Shown here: one piece after another, positions 58,083 through 64,000 of the stretch
How positions within the stretch are numbered: the first letter of the stretch is position 1
How the letters are laid out: each line of letters opens with the position of its first letter
Source: an uncultured archaeon
GTDB lineage: Archaea; Iainarchaeota; Iainarchaeia; Iainarchaeales; 1-14-0-10-31-34
Reading direction: 5' to 3'
Assembly: GCA_964442255.1 (NCBI GenBank)
Contig: CAYTYC010000001.1
Location: 2,526-66,525 of the forward strand
Length of the DNA stretch: 64,000 nt
Notes under the pieces: model-generated
Told to the model about the DNA's origin: nothing
Databases searched by the model: none
Seen by the model: the letters and a program-made list of their open reading frames with translations, nothing else
Translations under genes and position numbers: made by a program

Positions 58083-58853
58083 TTAACTTTTTCTCTGCAG
58101 GAAGGCCATCGCGTGCTCCGGGTGGAAGGGCTTCAGGAGAACAAGCTCAAGAAGTTTGAATTCAGGCTCCAGTTTTTTCAGCTCTTTCCGGAAAATCTCG
58201 TGAATCCCCATTTTCTGTGAAATGCTTCTCGCCTTAATCGCAAGAAGTCCGAATCCTTTTGGCTTCAGGAAAAGCCTGGCGTTTTTCAGGAAAATTTCTG
58301 CCTGGTTTTTCTGGGAGACATCCTGGTAAAGCAAATCCACTTTCTCGTTCCCCAAATCCTTTAAGTACAGCTCCGGCCGGTTTGCGTCGGCAAGCACAGG
58401 GATAATGTTTTCCCTTTGCTCGCTTACTTCAATCAATTTGGGCATTACCCTTGCGCTCACGTCAACAGCAAAAATTATTCCCTCTTTCCCGGCCAAATCC
58501 GAAAAGTGCGAGGCGGTTGTCGCCTCCGCTGCACCCAGGTAGAGAACGGATGAGCCGGCTTCCAATGGCAGTTTCTTCAGGCCGGAGTGCAGTGCGGCTG
58601 CGCACTTTGATCTGCGAGGATCCCATTGCCTGAACTCTTTTCCCCTGATTTTCAGCAGCTTTTCACCGTAGACTTTAATGCCGGGGCACAGGTTTTCAGT
58701 GAAAATGTGTTTTCCCTGGAAAAGCAGGCTTTTTTCTTCAAAAGAATTTTCCCGGAAAGCATGCCTTTCCGTATTTCCGCCTTTTTCCTGAAAATTTTTT
58801 CTTTTTCCTTTCTTCCGCCCTTTTTTTGGGAAGACGGTGTTTTCTTCCTTCAT
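58083..58853 (-). CDS. flpA: Fibrillarin-like rRNA/tRNA 2'-O-methyltransferase with basic N-terminal extension
   Basis: FRQWDPRRSKCAAAL, VLYLGAAEATTASH and overall fibrillarin fold. Extra K/R-rich ~50 aa at the N-terminus. Confidence 0.85.
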   Translation of the reverse strand: MKEENTVFPKKGRKKGKRKNFQEKGGNTERHAFRENSFEEKSLLFQGKHIFTENLCPGIKVYGEKLLKIRGKEFRQWDPRRSKCAAALHSGLKKLPLEAGSSVLYLGAAEATTASHFSDLAGKEGIIFAVDVSARVMPKLIEVSEQRENIIPVLADANRPELYLKDLGNEKVDLLYQDVSQKNQAEIFLKNARLFLKPKGFGLLAIKARSISQKMGIHEIFRKELKKLEPEFKLLELVLLKPFHPEHAMAFLQRKS

Positions 58854-58892
58854 TTTTTATTTCCTGTTTTTTTGCCTTTTTTTGCAGGAAAT

Positions 58893-59705
58893 TCATTTCC
58901 TGCCTTTTTTTTCAAGCTCTTTGGCTTTTCGTTCAATGCCGGATTTCAGTTCAGGAAAAAGCCGTTTTTTGCCGAAAAAGTCCTCTTTTAAGGCAATGGA
59001 AAGCTTTCCCGCCAGAGTTCTGGATAATTTCCCCTTATTCCAGGGCTTTGCCTTTTTTATGATTGGGTTGGAGTAAAGGATTCCGTATTTTGGGGGCTTT
59101 GAGCCGTGTTTTAGGTGCTCGAACAGCGCTTTTTCTGCACCCAAAACCTGCAGGGTTGAAGAGGGCATGAACGCTAATCTGCGCAGGGAAGATGCTTTTG
59201 CAAGCATTTTGGCGGCAAGGAGCGGTTCTGCCAGTTCCGCAAAATTTGGTGCAAGGGACTTCATTTCAGAGGCAATGTAGTCGGCAAGCTTTTCCCTTTC
59301 CTGCCGGATTGAAAGCGCGTTTTCCGCCAGCATTTGAATTTGTTCCAAATCCTTTTTCTCTATTTCCCCTCCCATGGATGAAGGGGCTTTTGCCTCAATT
59401 TTTGCAGCCGCCTCTTCGTTTTGGTAGGCTTTAAGGATAATGCTTTTTTTGAATTCTTTTCTTTCCCCAAGCGAAACCAGCTTCAGAAAGGATTCGTGGT
59501 CGCGGACAAGCGAATTCAGTTCAGGGAAGTGAATGCCGTACCATTCCCTGCACTGCTCCGCAAGAATGTTGAATGATTCATCCAAATCCTCCAGAAGGTT
59601 GACTGCCTTAATTATGTGAACGTCCTTTCCTGTGAACGCTTCAGCAACGCCTTTTTTTGCCTTTGAAAGCATTTTTTTCCTTAGCTCTTCGCGTTTTTCC
59701 ACCAC
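58893..59705 (-). CDS. nop5: C/D box sRNP protein Nop5 (Nop56/58), short form
   Basis: Nop domain (LAPNFAELAEPLLAAKMLAKASSLRRLAFMPSSTLQVLGAEKALF). Upstream of flpA. Confidence 0.8.
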   Translation of the reverse strand: MVEKREELRKKMLSKAKKGVAEAFTGKDVHIIKAVNLLEDLDESFNILAEQCREWYGIHFPELNSLVRDHESFLKLVSLGERKEFKKSIILKAYQNEEAAAKIEAKAPSSMGGEIEKKDLEQIQMLAENALSIRQEREKLADYIASEMKSLAPNFAELAEPLLAAKMLAKASSLRRLAFMPSSTLQVLGAEKALFEHLKHGSKPPKYGILYSNPIIKKAKPWNKGKLSRTLAGKLSIALKEDFFGKKRLFPELKSGIERKAKELEKKGRK

Positions 59706-59782
59706 AACACCTTTTTAATATACACTTAAATAATATTATAAACCAAATCTTGAAGGCTAAACCGAAAAAAGGAATGGTTTAA

Positions 59783-61276
59783 GTGAAGGAATCAAATTTC
59801 ATGGAATTAATGCTCAGGAAAAGCTTTTTTTTTCCTTCAGCCGAGATATATGGCTCTGGTTTTGGCGGCTTCTGGGATTTCGGGCCGTATGGAACTGCAA
59901 TCAAAAGAAAAATTGTGGAATTGTGGAGAAAGGAGCTGGTGGAAAAAGAAAATTTTTTGGAGGTTGACGGTTCGCTTGTCCTGCCGAAAGCGGTTTTTGA
60001 CGCTTCAGGCCACAGCGCAAACTTCAACGACCCCTTAACGCAGTGCGGGAAATGCAATTCTCATTACCGTGCGGATTCCCTTCTCTCTGACCACGTGAAC
60101 GTGAACTTTCCGGAGGGAACGCCCGCAGAAAAATTCGACAAACTGATAAAGGAAAACAAATTGCGCTGCCCGAAATGCAGGGGCGAACTTGGAAAAGTGA
60201 AAAGGTTCAATATGATGATGTTTTTGGAGATTGGCGCAACTGGAAAACAGCTTGGAGGATTAAGGCCTGAAACCGCGCAGAATTTGTTTTTGGATTTCAG
60301 CCGGATGTTCAAGAGCATGCGCCAAAACCTTCCGCTCGGGCTGGCGCAGTCCGGAAAGGCTTTCAGGAACGAAATCGCGCCCCGCAATACTCTACTCCGC
60401 GCCCGCGAATTCGGGCAGATGGAAATTGAAATCTTTTTTAACCCCGAAAAAATAAATGAATGCGAAAACTTCGGGAAAATGGAAAACGAAAAAATCCGCA
60501 TACTTTCCCTTAATGAAAAAAAGGAAAAGGTGTTGCGGGCAAAGGATTTGGTGGACAAAAAAATTGTTTCCGGAAAACTTGTTGCGTATTACATTGCGCG
60601 TTTGCAGGAACTTTACCTCGCTTATGGAATTCCTTTCGCTAAAATGCGTTTCCGTGAAGTTGGAGTGGATGAGCGCGCCTTTTACTCAAAGGAAACATGG
60701 GACTTCGAGGTTGAAACCGGGTATGGCTGGATTGAACTGGTTGCGTGCAATTACCGCGGAGACTATGATTTGAGAATGCATGGAAAGGGCTCGAAAAAGG
60801 ATTTGAAGGTTAAGGAGGACGGAAAAGAGTTTGTTCCGCACATCTTTGAGCTTTCCGCTGGCCTGGACAGGGCCTTTTTTGTTGTTCTGAACCTTTCCCT
60901 GCGCGAGGAAACCAAAAAAGGGGAAAAACGCATTTTGTTGGACATCCCTTCAGCGCTCGCCCCTTTTACGTGCGGGGTTTTCCCTTTGGTTAAAAAGGAC
61001 GGCTTGCTTGAAAAGGGGCTGGAAGTTTTTGAATTGCTTAAAGAAAACGGTTTGGATGCAGTGTTTGATGAAAAGGGCTCAATCGGCAGAAGGTACGCGC
61101 GTGTGGATGAACTAGGGTGCCCGTATGCTGTAACCCTTGATTATGATTCTTTGGGGAAAGAGGATGTAACTATCCGTGAAAGGAATTCCACGGAACAAAA
61201 GAGAGTGAAAATCAGGGAACTCCCGGAATTGTTGTGGAGGCTTGGGAACGGGAAAATAGTCTTTAAAGATATTTAA
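59783..61276 (+). CDS. glyS: Glycyl-tRNA synthetase (archaeal/eukaryal alpha2 type)
   Basis: N-terminus FFFPSAEIYGSGFGGFWDFGPYG and class II motif 2 FRNEIAPRNTLLRAREFGQMEIEIFF match GlyRS, not ProRS. Confidence 0.8.
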   Translation: MKESNFMELMLRKSFFFPSAEIYGSGFGGFWDFGPYGTAIKRKIVELWRKELVEKENFLEVDGSLVLPKAVFDASGHSANFNDPLTQCGKCNSHYRADSLLSDHVNVNFPEGTPAEKFDKLIKENKLRCPKCRGELGKVKRFNMMMFLEIGATGKQLGGLRPETAQNLFLDFSRMFKSMRQNLPLGLAQSGKAFRNEIAPRNTLLRAREFGQMEIEIFFNPEKINECENFGKMENEKIRILSLNEKKEKVLRAKDLVDKKIVSGKLVAYYIARLQELYLAYGIPFAKMRFREVGVDERAFYSKETWDFEVETGYGWIELVACNYRGDYDLRMHGKGSKKDLKVKEDGKEFVPHIFELSAGLDRAFFVVLNLSLREETKKGEKRILLDIPSALAPFTCGVFPLVKKDGLLEKGLEVFELLKENGLDAVFDEKGSIGRRYARVDELGCPYAVTLDYDSLGKEDVTIRERNSTEQKRVKIRELPELLWRLGNGKIVFKDI

Positions 61277-61281
61277 GTCTT

Positions 61282-61530
61282 TTATGGGCCGGCTTGCGCC
61301 CTTTTCCTTTTTCTTGTTTTTGCCCCTATTGGAGGGGCGCGGTCAAGGCTTTGCAGTGCTTCAACTATTTTTGGCTGCAGCGGTCTTCCGGGGGGCGCTT
61401 CTGAAAGCACTCTTCCCAGTGCCCTGATCTCCCTGAATGCCATGCCTTTTGTGGTTCTGTTGCCTCCCGCATTTTTCTTGGCTGCTCTTCTTTGCATTTT
61501 AAAACCATTATCTATTATATTCAAAGCCAT
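61282..61530 (-). CDS. Hypothetical basic protein
   Basis: ORF only. Convergent with glyS. Confidence 0.2.
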   Translation of the reverse strand: MALNIIDNGFKMQRRAAKKNAGGNRTTKGMAFREIRALGRVLSEAPPGRPLQPKIVEALQSLDRAPPIGAKTRKRKRAQAGP

Positions 61531-61578
61531 TTAAATACTTCTTTTGCCTAATTTCTACTGCGCCCTTGTAGCTCTTTT

Positions 61579-61650
61579 GCCGCAGTAGCATAATGGTAAT
61601 GCTCCGACCTCGTAAGTCGGTGATTGGGGGTTCGATTCCCCCTTGCGGCT
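61579..61650 (+). tRNA. tRNA-Thr (CGU)
   Basis: Acceptor GCCGCAG/TTGCGGC, D-arm GCAT-AATGGTA-ATGC, anticodon stem CCGAC/GTCGG, loop CTCGTAA, T-arm GGGGG-TTCGATT-CCCCC. Confidence 0.8.
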
Positions 61651-61764
61651 CTTCACAGGAAATCTCCTCCCTTTCCAAAAGTTAATAGCCCTAAAAGCTG
61701 TTTTTTAATTGTGACTTGAGTTTATTTTGATTCTGAAACTGTAAGGGATAACTTCTTTAAAAAT

Positions 61765-62721
61765 TTGAAGAGCTATGGAAAGTTTAGGACTTGGCGTGAA
61801 TTTTATAATCATATTAGCGAAGCAAAAACTTCAATGGAGAATTATAGGTCCGGTCAATGGACTATTCCTTCCCGCCTTTTTGACAAATTGTGTGATTTGC
61901 TTCCTAGTCACTTGGAAAAACTCTTTAAATCCAAACTAAACTATAAGACTGGTAATTGGGGGCAAATCATTGGCGGGAATATAACGTATGGTAAACACCA
62001 AGATATTTTTGAAAAGGGGCGTGCTATTGCAATCGCGAAACAAAAAGAAAATCCAAAACATGACTTTGATTTGGATATGGAATTGACTGAGGGGCTAAGC
62101 GAATTTATCGGTTGTTTTATTGGAGATGGTTTCACTAACAATTATGGCGGAAAATATGTGGTGCAATTTGCGGGAGACAATCGATTTGATGCAGACTATT
62201 ATGATGGGACAATTATTCCAATAGCCCGTTCTTTATTTGGTTTTGATAAAGCAGGCATTCGCCGTAGTGGGAATGCTTTGTGGGTTAGTTTTTATTCTAA
62301 AAGACTTTTTGAGTTTCTTACTACTGGGTTTGAGATGCCTGCTGGACTAAAATTTAACCGGGTTAGAATTCCTGTTGAAATTCTTGAGTCGGGTCCGGAA
62401 AAAATAATCCCTTGTATTCGAGGCATGTTTGATACTGATGGTTGCGTTTTTTACGATAAACGACCGGCTTATCGTAGACCTTATATTAGAATCGAGTTAA
62501 CAATGCGTAATCCCTTTTTGATTAGGCAGGTGCATTACCAGCTTAAAAAGATCGAGGTTAGGTCAAAAGTTCTTTCTGATGAGACTAGGCTGCAGATAAC
62601 GGCAAGAGAGGACGTTAAGCTGTTTTTGCAGAAGATAGGGTTCTCAAACAAACGGCATAGAAACCGAATAACCAGATTTTACCCTGAATTGGAAAAGATT
62701 ACGAAGGCTAAGGGGTCTTAG
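61765..62721 (+). CDS. Free-standing double-motif LAGLIDADG homing endonuclease
   Basis: Two dodecapeptide motifs, LSEFIGCFIGDGF and IIPCIRGMFDTDGCV, about 100 aa apart. Lower GC than surroundings. Confidence 0.7.
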   Translation: MKSYGKFRTWREFYNHISEAKTSMENYRSGQWTIPSRLFDKLCDLLPSHLEKLFKSKLNYKTGNWGQIIGGNITYGKHQDIFEKGRAIAIAKQKENPKHDFDLDMELTEGLSEFIGCFIGDGFTNNYGGKYVVQFAGDNRFDADYYDGTIIPIARSLFGFDKAGIRRSGNALWVSFYSKRLFEFLTTGFEMPAGLKFNRVRIPVEILESGPEKIIPCIRGMFDTDGCVFYDKRPAYRRPYIRIELTMRNPFLIRQVHYQLKKIEVRSKVLSDETRLQITAREDVKLFLQKIGFSNKRHRNRITRFYPELEKITKAKGS

Positions 62722-62740
62722 CTTGGGTTAACCGGAGCAA

Positions 62741-62774
62741 AGCGCAGGCCGGGGGTTCGACTCCCTCCAAGGGC
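62741..62774 (+). other. tRNA 3'-half-like fragment (T-arm GGGGG-TTCGACT-CCCTC plus acceptor strand CAAGGGC) with trailer homologous to the tRNA-Thr trailer
   Basis: Sequence gggggttcgactccctccaagggcttttcacgggaaatgtgccctttccaaa parallels tRNA-Thr gggggttcgattcccccttgcggctcttcacaggaaatctcctccctttccaaa. No D or anticodon arm upstream. Confidence 0.5.
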
Positions 62775-62895
62775 TTTTCACGGGAAATGTGCCCTTTCCA
62801 AACAATGTTAAATCCGGAAGCCCTTTTTCTATCGAAGCGAAAGTTTAAATTAACTTATTGCGTTAATTAACTTTACATGTTAACTAAGTGGTCCG

Positions 62896-63225
62896 GTGGA
62901 AAAAGAGAAAACCTTCCCGAAGTATCTGGATGCACAGGGAAAAGACTTAATCCACGGGAGGTTTGAAAGAAACAGGGAAGGAAAACCCAAGGCTTTCAGC
63001 GTGAACTGCACCTGCGAACTGGAAGGCAAAAACATGGAAATAATCCGTTTTGACTCTTCCCATGGGAGTGTTTACGTCCACAGGCTTTACAAGAAGCCGC
63101 CGAGAATTGAAGTGCTTGGAAAGGAGGTTTCATTTTCAACAATAAATGAATTTGTTTTGGAGATTGAAGAAAGTTATGGGGTCTGGAAAAAGGCTTTCAT
63201 TAGAAACTATCTGAAAGGTGATTGA
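62896..63225 (+). CDS. Hypothetical protein (109 aa), first gene of an overlapping pair
   Basis: GTG start. Stop overlaps the next start (ATGA). Confidence 0.35.
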   Translation: MEKEKTFPKYLDAQGKDLIHGRFERNREGKPKAFSVNCTCELEGKNMEIIRFDSSHGSVYVHRLYKKPPRIEVLGKEVSFSTINEFVLEIEESYGVWKKAFIRNYLKGD

Positions 63226-63590
63226 GTATGGCGAGAGAAGGTAAAGCGGTTATACGGATTGGAAGGAATGCGTTAAGCAGGGATTTGATGAAACTGGAGA
63301 AGAACAGGAAAGCGAATTGCCCTGAACAGGTGATTTACTTCAACGACTTTAACCAGCTTTTCTCTGTTTTGTCCGCAAAAAAACTGGAGTTGCTGCAGCA
63401 CCTGTCCGGGAAAAAAGGAAAAAACGTTTCATTCCTTTCAGTTGAACTGAAAAGGAAGAAAGAGGCCGTGAGCAGGGATTTGCACGAGCTTGCAAGAACA
63501 GGGCTGATTGAAATAATAAAAGACGGAAAGAAAGCCTACCCGAGAAACAAATTTGACAGGCTGGAGATTCCGTTAAAGATGAGGGCGTAA
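63222..63590 (+). CDS. Winged-helix DNA-binding protein
   Basis: LLQHLSGKKGKNVSFLSVELKRKKEAVSRDLHELARTGLI resembles an ArsR/MarR-type wHTH. Confidence 0.45.
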   Translation: MSMAREGKAVIRIGRNALSRDLMKLEKNRKANCPEQVIYFNDFNQLFSVLSAKKLELLQHLSGKKGKNVSFLSVELKRKKEAVSRDLHELARTGLIEIIKDGKKAYPRNKFDRLEIPLKMRA

Positions 63591-63635
63591 ACCAAACCCT
63601 TAAATTCCCTTTTTGCGTTTATTTTATCTGATTTT

Positions 63636-64000
63636 ATGCCTGCTGAAGCCGAGGAAGAGAGGTTTGACCGCTTTTTGTTCACCGGAATAGTGGTTTTGCT
63701 GATTATAGTTGCGGGGGCGCTTATCGCATTCAAGGCATTTACCCGCGAGCCTGTTTACTACTCCGAGGTTTACTTTGCAGGGGAAACAATCGTGGACGGG
63801 GCAAGAATAGGGGAAAGGATTCCCGTAAATTTTTTCATAGGAAACCATGAAGGAAAAACCCTTACTTACACTTACTTGGTGAGCGCTTTTGGCGGGGACA
63901 AAGTGGAAAAAGAAATTGAATTGCAGGACGGGGAACTCAAAGAGATAAGGGAGTTCACGGAATTTGAAACAGATTACGGCTCAAAACAGCGCGTTACGGT
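63636..64000 (+). CDS. Hypothetical membrane-anchored protein, 3'-truncated by window end
   Basis: Open frame from ATG 63636 to window end. N-terminal TM helix. Not in ORF track because there is no stop. Confidence 0.4.
   Translation, partial: MPAEAEEERFDRFLFTGIVVLLIIVAGALIAFKAFTREPVYYSEVYFAGETIVDGARIGERIPVNFFIGNHEGKTLTYTYLVSAFGGDKVEKEIELQDGELKEIREFTEFETDYGSKQRVT

Noticed and set aside
61562-62774. Simple interpretation as one tRNA gene with a 1.2-kb intron
   Set aside because: When the two fragments are joined, only 11 nt lie between the D-stem strand and the T-arm, so no anticodon arm can form. The observation is kept as a finding but the simple intron model is rejected.

Overview
This is a 64-kb archaeal chromosomal segment. 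It has an A/V-type ATP synthase operon, the archaeal exosome/RNase P/proteasome superoperon, fibrillarin-Nop5, archaeal-type GlyRS and MetRS, aIF5A, NikR, RpoP, L15e, L37ae, Sm and Pcc1. Gene spacing is compact and there are BHB-style tRNA introns. Many conserved proteins carry K/E-rich C-terminal tails, which suggests a small-genome (possibly DPANN-like) archaeon. The taxonomic call is inference only.

Layout along the window:
- 1-7.8 kb: atpIKECFABD. atpB is interrupted by a 373-aa LAGLIDADG-type intein.
- 8-15 kb: a DUF62 SAM hydroxide adenosyltransferase divergent from a methyltransferase, two paralogous micro-genes for extremely basic Ser/Lys/Arg peptides, MetRS, NikR and aIF5A.
- 15.3-20.1 kb: a minus-strand cluster of a DsbD-like thiol-disulfide protein, a MinD-type ATPase with ferredoxin insert, a radical SAM protein, two NifX/NifB-like (Nitro_FeMo-Co) proteins, a DUF134 DNA-binding protein and a Gly/Arg-rich DUF5320 protein. 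This is the best candidate for an uncharacterised metallocofactor system.
- 20.1-22.2 kb: a low-GC island with an auto-operator-flanked ribbon-helix-helix gene, a small ORF and a degenerate GT2-like gene.
- 22.2-29 kb: TrmO, NYN nuclease, a MinD plus Sm cluster, tRNA-Ala, a coiled-coil protein, tRNA-Val, TtuA/NcsA and L15e.
- 29-38.7 kb: the exosome superoperon (Rpp30, Pop5, PsmA, SBDS, Rrp4, Rrp41, Rrp42, L37ae, RpoP, Brix, Pcc1, PfdB, DHH). Two toxin-antitoxin modules (RHH-PemK and AbrB-VapC) and a frameshifted gene are inserted around Pop5.
- 38.7-47.5 kb: membrane and hypothetical genes, a Lon-type S16 peptidase, a ZIP transporter, a V4R protein, GGPP synthase, paired 37-bp direct repeats, and TrmB/Lrp regulators.
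- 47.5-53.2 kb: aminotransferase, ADP-forming acyl-CoA synthetase beta subunit and thiL-thiC-thiE-thiM.
- 53.2-64 kb: beta-CASP RNase, Nmd3-like protein, an intron-containing tRNA, CarS-like protein, flpA-nop5, GlyRS, tRNA-Thr and a free-standing double-motif LAGLIDADG endonuclease. This endonuclease is flanked by complementary tRNA-half-like fragments. A possible toxin-antitoxin-like pair follows.

A ~112-nt repeat family occurs three times in the same orientation just 3' of genes.
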